Made by a program: the position numbers and the translations under genes. This document shows positions 40,661 through 52,064 of a stretch of 64,000 nt of DNA, in pieces (within the stretch, counting starts at the first letter, position 1; each line of letters opens with the position of its first letter). The notes beneath the pieces were generated by a model. The model searched no databases and was not told the DNA's origin. It saw nothing but the letters and a program-made list of their open reading frames with translations. Source of the stretch: Geosiphon pyriformis uo1 (Eukaryota > Fungi > Glomeromycota); contig JAAOMT010000590.1 in NCBI GenBank assembly GCA_016748015.1, positions 879,667 to 943,666 on the forward strand, read 5' to 3'.

Positions 40661-43600
40661 TTTCTTGGTTGCTTTTGTTGCATATACTGTGTCTTTATAT
40701 ACTCTTTTATTGTTTGATTTTATGTGTTTGGTCCAATAATTATGATTGGTTCCAAATCTTGTGGAATCTCATTTGGTTGGACTAGTATTTGTTGTACTCC
40801 TAATTGTGGAATGTTATTGATGGATGATGATGCTATTTGGTAATATGGTTTTAGTCAATCACTATGTGCTGCTTTGGCTAAGATTTTGTTGTCTCATCTT
40901 AATTTATAAGTTTCATTTCCAAGAATTTCTTTTATGTAAAATGGTCTATCCCATTTGGGGTCAAATTTTCTATTCTATTGTTTTTCCATTTTGGTATAAT
41001 GTAAAAGTACTTTGTCTCCAATCTTGAATTCAACTGGTTTGTCTAGTAGTTGATTATTATATCTTTTTTTTTGTTTTTTTTGTGACTTTTGGATATTATT
41101 AGCTGCTTTTTGTTGTCTGTTTTCCAGTGTTTTCATTAAGTTATATGTTCTTTTCAACAAGATTTCTTGGAAATTATCTTCTGTTATTGGTTCAGTTGGA
41201 TATGTATTGACTTTTATCTCAACTGGTAATGTTGCTGTTCTATCATATACCAATTCAAATGGTGTTGCTTGTGTGGTATCTTGCTTTATTGTCTAATAAG
41301 CAAATAATACTGATAGTATAAACAAATCTCATTCTTCTTGATTTTTTTGACTGATTTTGGCAATTGCTTCACACAATGTTTTATTAAATCTTTCAACTAA
41401 ACCATTTGTTTGTGGATGATATGGTGATGATACTGGTCTTTTGATTCCGAATCAGTGACTTAATTCCACTAATGTTCTGTTCACAAAGTGAGTTTCTTGA
41501 TCTAATAGTAGTTCTTTTGAACATTCATGTCGACAAATCAAATCTTGATAAACAAATTTGGCAATGAATTCTGCTTCTGCTCTTTGAATGGCTTTTGCTT
41601 TTGGCCATTTTGTGAGATAGTCCATGGCTACTACAATATATCTGTTGCCTCTGCTGGTAATTGTTAATAGTCCGACTAAATCAATTCTAATATAGTCAAA
41701 TGATTGTCCCATTTTGATTGGTCTTAATGGTTCACTGGGTTTTGTTCCACCTTTTTTTTAATAAGTATTACAATTCTAAACATATTAAATAATATCTGGA
41801 TACATTGATGGCCAATAGTATCTTTTTCTTGTTCTTTCCATAGTTGCTTCTTTATGAAAATGTCCTGCTGTTGAATCTGAATGCATGTTAAATAATATTG
41901 TCTCTTTCTCTGGTTCTGTGACAACTCTTATTGGTTGATCTGGATTTCTTTTGTTTTTCTGGTAAAGTATATTTTTATAATTGATAAAATATTTTGATTG
42001 TTGTTTAATATTATTTTGCTCATTTTGAGATAATTTCTCCTTGAACTGTTGAGTATTTATATAATGTTGTAGTTGTTGATATTTTTGTATATTCATCTTT
42101 TGTTATTTTTTTTTGTGTTAAGATGTTTTAGATTTGTCTCATTCACGACAAACCATTGGCATTTTCATTGTCTTTTCCCTTTTTATAATGTATAGTGTAA
42201 GTATATGGTGATAGTGCCATTTTCCATCTTAATTGTTTTCCATCTCCAAATTCCTGTTTATAAAGTGCTGTTAATCTCTTGTAATCTGTGTATACATCAA
42301 ACTTCTGGCTCAAGTATTCACTCCATTTCATGACTGCCCAATAAATTGCTAAGTGTTCTAATTCTGGTGTTCCATAATTTCTTTCAGCTGGAGTTAAACC
42401 TTGGCTGGCATATGTGACTGGATGTTCTCTTCCATCCAGTCTTCTTTGTAATAGTACTGCTTCCAATGCTTGGCCTGATGCATCGGTAGTAATAATGAAC
42501 AGTTTGTTGTAATCTGGATAGATCAGTACTGAAGCTTGTATAAGCTTTCTTCTTAGAATATCAAAAGCTTCTTGTTGTGCTTCTGTTTATTCATATTTCA
42601 CATTTTTGGTTTGGAAATAATTGAGTGGTTGGGCTATCTTGGAAAAGTTTTTGATGAAGTGTCAATAATAGCCTGCAAATTCCAAGAATGATTTTAACTC
42701 CATCATATTGGTTGATACTGAAAAGTTCTTGACTATCTCTATCTTTTCTAGATCTATTTTGATGCTGTCTTTGCTTACTATGTGCCCTAAAAAGTTTAAT
42801 TCTGTCTTGTCAAAGAAGCACTTATTGGCATTTAACTTTAGCCCTACTCATTGTAGCCTTTTGAACACTTGTTGTAAATGATACAAATGATTATTAAATG
42901 TTTTGGAGAACACATTGGTGTTGTCTAAATAAATGACTACTGATTTCCACAACAAGCCAGTATATACTATTTCTATTAGTCATTGGAATGTGGCTGGCAT
43001 ATTTGTTAAGCCAAATGGCATTACTTCAAATTCAAAATTTCCCTTCTATGTTGTGAATGCAGTTTTTTCTTTGTCTACTGAATCTATGGCTACTTGCCAA
43101 TAACCACTATCTAAATCCAATGTTGAGAACTATTTGTTTCTTCCAAAAACATCGAATAATTCCTGAATTTGTGGAGTTGAATAGCTGTCTCCATGTGTGA
43201 CTCTATTAAGCTTTCTATAGTCTACACAAAAGTGAATTTTCCCATTTTTTTTCCAGACAAGTACTACTGGTGATGACCATGAGCTCATTGATGGCTGAAT
43301 TAACCCATTGTCAAGCATCTGGTTGATTTCTTAATGAATGATTTCATGGCTGGTAGGTGGTACTCTGTATGCTCATTGTTTTATTGGCATAGCATCTCCA
43401 GTTTTGATCTGGTATTGGATGATGTCAGTTCTGCCGAATTTATTCTTGCTGGCGAAGATGTCATTAAACTTGTTGAGCAATATCTTCAGCTGCATGTGTT
43501 AAAGTGAGTTTAGATTCCCCATATTTATTTGTTCTAATTGTTCTGGTTGAAAGAAATAACATTTATTTCATTCATATATTGTTTGTGATATGATGTCAAC

Positions 43601-43954
43601 ATATCTACAAAGCTGTGGAAAGTCTGGAATGGGGTTTGGTAGTTGGTCCTCTATTTTATTAGTTAAATGTCCTATGATGGTTCCTTCTGGTATCTCCATA
43701 ATCTTTCCAGTGTTGTTGTAAATGGAAATTTTGATGCAGTTGTAATTCCTGGCTGGTGAGATTAATGAGTCCAATTTCTTTTGATTCACAACATGCTGTT
43801 TCTGTCTCAAAAATCTGGTTCTAATCCTTCATTTTTCTTTCTATAACTACCATATACTGATCATATGGTGGAATGGAAATGGTTGACTGGTGAAGATAAT
43901 TTCTTCCTTGTCAATAATCTTTTCTTCCACTATATTAACTGGTATATCTACTCT

Positions 43955-44347
43955 ATCTGTTGATCCAAATCCCTGTATCTTTCTTGCTGTTATTCCTAAT
44001 TCTTCTTTATTTCCTACTGATACTAACTAAGCTATTTTGACCAGAGGCAGAAATATTGCCTGCACTATTTTTTTGTTTGGCTCTATTACATAGGCCTTTT
44101 CTGAATTGTTTTGTAACATAGCAATAATATTTTCCACATATCCTGCATCAATTATTCCTCCTCTAATGTTAATTCCTCTTTTTGCTAGACTATTCTTAGA
44201 TGCTAGTTGAACTATTGTGGTTGTTAGAATTTCCAGTGCTATTTTTAGATCAATACAAGTGTGCAAATGTGGTTCTAATTTGATGGCATTTTTTCCAGAA
44301 TATTTTAGATCAAACTCTGCATTAGTATCATGTGCATGTTCTGGCAT
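43955..44347 (-). pseudogene. dUTPase domain of element D pol
   Basis: Motifs I-V in order: AHDTNAEFDL, LASKNSLAKRG, GGIIDAGY, KIVQAIF, ARKIQGFGST. Confidence 0.9.
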
Positions 44348-47300
44348 GATACCTTCATTATTGTCACTGAACTATTTTAGTTCCTGCTTCTTGGTAAGAT
44401 TAGGGAGTGTAATATATTGTTTATAGTTTGAATTAGAGTTTGAATCTGCATTAGAATTGTTGTCATTGTTATTGCTATTTTGAATAGAGCTAGAACCATT
44501 ATTTTCATCATCATCGTTGTTGGAGTTTGAATCAGGATTGAAAATTGATTCTAATTCTGATGTGCAGCTGTTGATTGGTTCTTCTTCTTCTGAGATTGTG
44601 TAGATCATGCAGATTGGTGGATTGTAAATGAGGTCACACTTATTACAATATTGAAAATCACATATAATTAAACAGTGGTTATATAATCAAGTATTTAGCT
44701 GTGCTAAATGCTCTTTCTGTTCTTCTCTGGTAAGTGCCAAGTTTTGGTAATGCTCATGGAAGTCTTCTGAGTTGGTTTCTATGTTGAGAAAGACATCTGA
44801 ATTTAGAATGAAGATGATATCAACCTGTTCAGACAGGTTGTTTTTAACTTCCAGAATTTCACTGGGTGTGGCTCTTTGGACTTTGGCATTCACCATTTGC
44901 CAGATCTCATCCTCGTCATGTGGATAGCCATCCAATTGGTTAATCACTCTATGCCAAATTGTTGTTATGGGCATGTCATGACTCACCCAGTTACTGATGA
45001 GAATCGTGTACTGGCACGAAGTGTTACATGTTTTTCCTTGACCAGAAATGTCATTCCACATCTCTTCATTAAGTAGCTGTTCACCACAAGTGAGACATGG
45101 TTTGTTGTTTCACTTGTCTTGGTGCTTTGAATATCTATAGCATTCGTGATAGCATGGTTTGCAGTAATAATGTGTTCACGTCCAGTGGTTTTCATCTGGT
45201 ATGATCCATGCTTCCATGGAAAAAAGTTTCTTTTCACAGTCTTTGCATTTAAGTGGAATAAATGGTGGCTGTAATAATGGCTGGCAAATGGAGTATGAGC
45301 TTGTCCATCCTTTGGTTGTGTTTTCTGTGAGTTCAATTTCTCCAAGTATGTTTTTTTCTTTTTCCTTCCCTTTCCTTTTTTCCTCCCAGCTTATTGTTGG
45401 TAGCAACTCACTTTGGCTGTCATCAGTCCAAGCATCGATGATGGTTCTTTAGGTATGTTCTTCTCTTTGTTTTCCTTTTTTATTGTCATTGTTGTTCCAG
45501 AAGAGTATTGGCAGTAGTTTATTGTGGTCGTTGTCAGTCTACGAAACTTGATAGGCTTCCCAGATAGGTTTTTTTTCTTCTTCCTCAAACTTGATGAGTG
45601 GTGCTGGTGTGTTGATAGTCTTGAAGTGGCTGTACATGGCTAGTATACATGTATGTCGACCATTTTGGCTAAGTTGAAGCTCTTGTATTGTCCAATCTAG
45701 TATGGCATTTGTTTTAGTAAGCCAGTCATTACCAACTAGTGCTTGGTATTAAGTGGCTTCCATCACCAAAACTTTGATAGGGACTATGATGCCATTGACT
45801 TCAAAAGGAAAGTCATCAATCTTGCCAATAAGAGTTTTGGTTGTTCCATCAGCTGTGATAATCCTTGTGCTGGCAGCTCTGTTAACTCAGCAACCTAATT
45901 GATCCATGAGTTGTTTGGTGATGATGCTGTCAGCTGATCCACTATTCAAGATCAGTTTGATATACTGACCATCGACTTTAGCATTAGTATACATCATGGT
46001 TATTGGTTTGGTGTCCAGAGTGGCTCTACTGAATAATGGAACTGATGTGATTTCCTCAAGTTTAAATGGAAATATGGTAGCAAGTGATTCGTCTTCAGTG
46101 CTGGCAGCTGGTGGAATGTTGCAAGTAAGTGGCTTTTGGTTGGTTTCTTGTTTGCTAGATGCAGCATCTTCTGAAGTAACCAAAAGACTTAAGTAGTTCT
46201 AGGAACTTGGGTTTTGATTATACCCAGTTTCTGAATTCTGCTGGCATAATCCTGATGATTAATTTGATGAACTGGAGATTGGTTAGTGAACCACTATTGC
46301 TGATCTCCAGTTTTGGATTACTTTGAATCTGAGATTTTCAGATGTTATTATAGATTGGTTTTAGGGCAGTGTTTGAATTGATTGTTGTGGTTGATAGATT
46401 ATTTGTGGCTGCAGTTGATATATTATAGGTGGCTGCAGTTGATATATTTAAGGTTGATATACTGGTGTTTGATAAATTGGCATTATTGGCAAGTAAGCGG
46501 ATTGATATTGATTTTGATTCTAGTAATAATTTGGAGTAAAGAACTGGTGATCGGGATTCTGGTATTAATTTTCCAATTGTGGGTTACTATAAGCACAGCA
46601 ATCGGCTCTAATGTGACTTTGTTTACCACAGTTGTGGCAGATTTGCATTTCTTGTTGCCACAGCTAATTTGTTGATGATGATGGATGCAACTGATTTTGG
46701 AAACAATTTGCATTTCCCTAATTATTATGTCATTGAAGAGACTGATAAATTGGGTGATTGTTAGTTAAGTATCCCTCTAATTTTTGATTAATGAAATCAC
46801 TGAATTGTTTCAGTTTAAAATCCAAGTCAGATAATTCATTCATTACTAAATTCACAGCTTGGGCATAGTTGGCTTTTAACTCAGCAGCTTCAAAATCTCT
46901 AGTATAAGTGACTGCAGTAAGAAGGTCTACTGGATATATTAGACATATTCATTAAAGAATGCTACTGCATAAGCCTCTGATGAACTGATTTAAGATTTGT
47001 GGTACTGTAAAGTAATCAGCTTAGATAGCTTGAATTTGGCACAGATTTCTGTGGAAGTGTCTCAAGTAAGTGGTGACTGCTTCTGTGTCTTCTTGCTTTA
47101 GGGTGGTGAAAGTACTTACCAGGTGGTTGATGCTGTTATTATCACTGAAATATCTTAGGAATTCTATTTTAAATACATTAAAATTTTGGGGTTTCTGGGC
47201 CAAGCTATAATACTATGAGTTGGTGGTATCTTTTAGGAAATATGGGATAACTTGCATTGTTTTTGCATCATCCCAATTATTTGTAATGATGGCTTTGGCA

Positions 47301-48034
47301 ATGTCATTGATCTATGCCTGGGCGTCATCCTCTTTACTGGTAAACTTCTCAAGTTTTGCAATTAGTGCCAAAGCTATTGGTGCAATCAGTTGCTGTTGTT
47401 GTATTAGTGGTTGAAGCTGTTGTTGCAGTTGTTGACCTGGTTGCTAGATAAGTTGCTGTAGTGGTGGCTGTTAAAAGGGTATTTGCTGTTGTTGAATTGG
47501 TTCAATAATCAGTTCAATTGGTGGCTGATCGATGACAATATTTGGAGGTAAGTTTTGTTAATTAATTAAGTTAAGGTTTCAGTTGTTCTGATTTGGTGGA
47601 GTTTTGATTTCTGGATTTTCTAAATTTTGATTTTGCTAAGTCTGAAAATTTGGAGTCCCAATATCTGGGTTTTCAGTAATTGAGTTCTGATAAGTGAATT
47701 TTTGATTTTCAGATTCTTCTTCTTTTTCTTTTTCTTCTTCTTCTTCTTGTTTTTTTTCTGATTCAGTTGGTTTCTACGGATCAGTAATTCTGAAATCTGG
47801 TTAAGGTGGTGGTGATTGAACTCCTGATGGTATTGGTGATCTCAATTTGAATCTCTCAAAGTATGTGCCATATGGTCCTAATAGATCTTCTTTCCTTTGT
47901 TTACTTTGGAATGGAAATTGTCCAAATGTTGATGTTGTGTTTAATATAGACATGCCTGCTAATGTGATATTGATGGTGCTTCCAGGAGTATAATAATATG
48001 ATGGATTTGTAGGTAATTTAATTTTGTGTTTCTT

Positions 48035-48412
48035 TTAAGTAGGTGGTTGGATCCATTGAAGTGTTACTGCCAGTGTTTGTAATTTTCCTTTGTCTTTACT
48101 GGCATAAGTGATTGGGTATCTTTGTTGTATGTGATGTTCAATTTTTTTATTAATCTCAGTGATGATAGATGCAAAATTATAATTTGTTGGTAGGCTGGTG
48201 TTTTGGATTAATTTGTGATAAAAAGTTTCTCTCACTGATTCAGTGTTTACTAGTGTTTTTAACAAATAGGCAATTCTTTCGTTGATGTAGAAATTAAAGG
48301 CTGATTCTGCTGATATCTGATTGTGGTTCAATCCCAAGTGTTGACAGTAATGTTGAAATAAGGATTTCACGAATTCTAAATGGTTTGCTTCTATACTTTC
48401 TGATTCTGCCAC
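48035..48412 (-). pseudogene. N-terminal extension of the gag ORF of element D (predicted helical domain upstream of the capsid)
   Basis: VAESESIEANHLEFVKSLFQHYCQHLGL...AESAFNFYINERI; homologues at 57499-57993 (A), ~55574-56030 (B) and 36719-36952 (C), each just downstream of the PBS. Confidence 0.75.
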
Positions 48413-50327
48413 TGTTGATTTATTTGTTGGTGCTGGTTCTCTGTAAGATTATACTTCACAAGGAGCACCAAATATTACAGGTAATTATTTGGTTGTTGGA
48501 GTAGATAATAAACCCATAACTTGGTACTTGAAGCTGTTGATGATGGAATCTAAAGATGTATTATTTAAAGGTTTTGTCATGAAGTTTTTTGTATAATAGA
48601 CAGAGATTCAGTGGTAATAGTTTTATCTGTAGCTTCCCGAAACCACACTTTCATCAATTTTTTTCTCAGCATGATGACCGGTGTTTCTTCTGGTAAGCTA
48701 ATCTCAATCAAGTGTCCTACCCTTATTTCTGGGTCTTTTACCAATGCTATATCCTGACATCAATACCCCATGCATTAATCCTTAATAGAGTTAGTAATAT
48801 CAACAATTAAGACAAGAAAATAAAAAAAATAACATAAAAATAAGTCAAGGCAATGAACACGTTAGTATCTCATCAATAGCCATAATCAAGAGCTATTGGT
48901 CCAGTGTAGTTATGTATCAATGACTATTAACATAAAGTGTTGATAGTGGAGAGTGGATTTGGATGGTAAATGATTTATTAATTTATTATTTGTGAATAGA
49001 AAATTTCTAACTAACTGCCTTTTTTTCTACTTTTAATGCTATTGCTATATATACATGATTGATGTTTTACAAGATTGCTCACATTCCCGAGTGATATGCT
49101 ATGATTTCTTGAGCAATGCTCACATTGCTGAGTGATGTGCTCTAATTTTCTAATATTGCTCTACATTGTTGAGCAATGTGTCATGTTTTCTGACATTGTT
49201 CCATATTGCTAAGCAATATGCCATGATTTCTGACATTGCTCCATATTGCTGAGCAATGTACTCACATGCTAAATACTATTTTCTTATTGGTCTGCTATTT
49301 TCTATATCTGTTTTTTTTTTATGAGTAACACCATTTTGTGAGATAATTCATGACTACTACAATATATTTGTTGCCTCTGCTGGTAATTGTTAATGGTCTA
49401 ACTAAATCAATTCTAATACATTTGAATAGTTGTCCTACTTTGATTGGTCTCAATGGTTTACTGGTTTTTGTTTCACCTTTTCTTTAACAAGCATTACAAT
49501 TTTTAATATATTGAATAATATTCAGATATATTGATGGCCAATAATATCTTTTTCTGGTTCTTTCTATGGTTGCTTCTTTATGAAAATGTTCTGTTGTTGA
49601 ATCTGAGTGCATGTTGAACAATATTGTCTTTTTCTCTGGTCTTGTAATTACTCTGGTTGGCTGATCTGGATTCTTTCTGTTTTTCTGGTAAAGTATATTT
49701 TGGTGATTGATAAAGTATTTTGATTGCTGTTTTATGTTGTTTTGTTCTTTTTGAGATAATTTCTCCTTAAACAATTGGGTATTTATATAATGTTAGAGTT
49801 GTTGGTATTTTTGTATATTCATGTTTTGTTATATTTTTTTTTTTTTTTGGGTTGAAATGTTTTTAGATTTGTCTTATTTGCAACAGACTGTTGGCATTTC
49901 TGTTTTCTTTTCCTTTTTTGTAATGCACTGTATAATTAAATAATGACAGTTCTATTTTCTATCTGGTATGGTGATTGTCTGCAAATTTTTGTTTTTGAAT
50001 TGAAGTCAATTCTTTGTGATTAGTATATACATTGAACTTTTGACTCAAGTATTCTTTCCACTTCATAACTGCCCAATAAATAGCTAAGTGTTCTAGTGCT
50101 GGACTTAAGCTTCTATTGGCATAAACTACTGGATGTTCTCTTCCATCCAGGCTTCTCTACAATAGTACTGCTTTCAATGTTTGACTAGATGCATTGATTG
50201 TAATTATGAATGGCTTGCTATGATCTGAATAAATCAGTACTGGGGCTTGAATAAGCTTTCTTTTTAATGTATCAAAAGCTTCTTGTTGAGTTTCAGTTCA
50301 TTCATATTTAGTGTTCTTTGTTTGGAG

Positions 50328-51113
50328 TCAGTGTAATGGTTGAGCTATTTTGGAAAAGTTTTTGATAAAATGGCAGTAGTATTCAGCAAATTCCAAGAAT
50401 GCTCTTAATTCTGTGAGATTATTTGGTATTGGAAAGTTTTTGACAATCTCAATCTTGTCTGGATCTGTTTTGATTCTGTTTTTGCTCATAACATGTCCCA
50501 AAAACTTGAGTTCAGTTTTTTCAAAGAAATATTTAATTGCATTTAGCTTTAATTCAGCTCTTTTTAGTCTTTTAAACACTTGTTGGAAATAATGCAGATG
50601 ATTATCAAATGTTTTTAAGAACATATTGATGTCATCCAAGTATACAACTACTAATTTCCATAATAGCTCAGTATAAACAATTTCCATAAGTTGCTGGAAA
50701 ATGGTTGAAGCATTCATTAAGCCAAATGACATAATCTCGAATTCAAAGTTCCTTTTCTGTGTTGTAAAAGTTGTTTTCTCTTTATCTTCTAGTTTCATGG
50801 CTATCTGCCAGTAATTATTGTCTAAGTTTAATGTTGAAAACCATTTTTTTTCTCTAAAAGCATTGAAAAGTTCTTGGATCTTTGGAGTTGAGTAGCTGTC
50901 TTCTTTTGTTACTTCATTCAATTTCTAGTAATCTATACAAAAGTGGATTTTCTCATTCTTCTTATAGACTAGTATTACTGGTGATGACCATGAACTCATT
51001 GATGGCTGAATTAGCCTGTTGTCAAGCATCCAATTGATTTTTTGACAAATGATCTCATGACTGGCTAGTAGTACTCTGTATGCTCTCTGTTTAATTGGCA
51101 TTGCATCTCTCAT
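50328..51113 (-). pseudogene. Reverse transcriptase of element B
   Basis: PIKQRAYRV, SSWSSPV, FCIDY, IMSFGLMNA, VVYLDDI, KFLGH. Confidence 0.93.
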
Positions 51114-51669
51114 CTTGATTTAATGTTGGATAATATCAGTTCTGCCAAATTTGTTTTTGCTGGCAAAGATATTGTTGAAATTGTTAAGTAACATTTTAAG
51201 CTGCATATGCTGTAGTAGATCTAAGTTTTCCATGTTCATTTGTTCCAATTGTTTTGGCTGAAGCAGATAACATTTTTTTCATCCATAGATTGTTTGTGAT
51301 GTGATATCTACATATTCACACAATTGTAGAAAATCTGAAATGGTGTCTGGCTGTTAATTTTTGATTTCAGTGGTTAAATGTTCAATGGTAGTTCTTTCCA
51401 GTATTTCTATGATTTCTCCTGTGTTGTTGTAAATAAGAATTTTTATGTGGCTGTGGTTCTTGGTTGGTATGTGTAAATTAACTAATCCAATTTTTTCTGA
51501 TTCATAAAGTGTTGCTTCTGCTTCAAAAATCTGTACCTAATCCTTTACTTCTCTTTCTATAACTACTATGTACTGGTCATATGGTAGAATAGAAATTGGT
51601 TGATGGGTAGAGATAATTTCTTTTTTGTCAACAATTTCTTTCTCTGCCATATTAACTAGTACATCTATT

Positions 51670-52064
51670 CTATCTGTGAATTTGAATCTCTGTATCCCTC
51701 TAGTAGTAATCTCTAATTCTTTTCTGTTTTTTACTGATACTAATTGAGCTACTTTTACCAGTGGCAAGAATATTGCCTGTGCTATTTTTTCATTTGGCTC
51801 TATAATATATGTTTTTTCTAAATCATTTTGTAGTATTGCAATGATATTTTCTACATATCTTGTGTCAATTATCCCTTCTCTAATGTTGATTTCCTTTTTT
51901 GCTAAACTATTCCTGGATGTTAGTTGAACTATTGTTATTGCTAGAATTTCCAGTGCTATTTTGAGATTAATACATATGTGTGAATATAGTTCTAATTTGA
52001 TGACATCTTTCCCTGAATATCTTAGATCAAATCCTGCATCAGTATTATGCATGCATTCTGGCAT
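51670..52064 (-). pseudogene. dUTPase domain of element B pol
   Basis: DAGFDL, TSRNSLAKK, GIIDTRY, EKIAQAIF, TTRGIQRF. Confidence 0.9.

Larger units (their letters stand above)
39151..49330 (-). mobile_element. Ty3/Gypsy LTR retrotransposon D, full length (10.2 kb), inserted in the integrase of B
   Basis: LTRs at 39151-40011 and 48473-49330; perfect TSD CCAT (39147-39150, 49331-49334); PBS 48453-48470; PPT at ~40012-40026. Complete domain series, including gag with CHNCGKQSH knuckle, protease LILNSGSADS, dUTPase, RT, RNase H, integrase (IRIDLVGLL, DYLTKWPKA) and ORF3. Confidence 0.95.
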
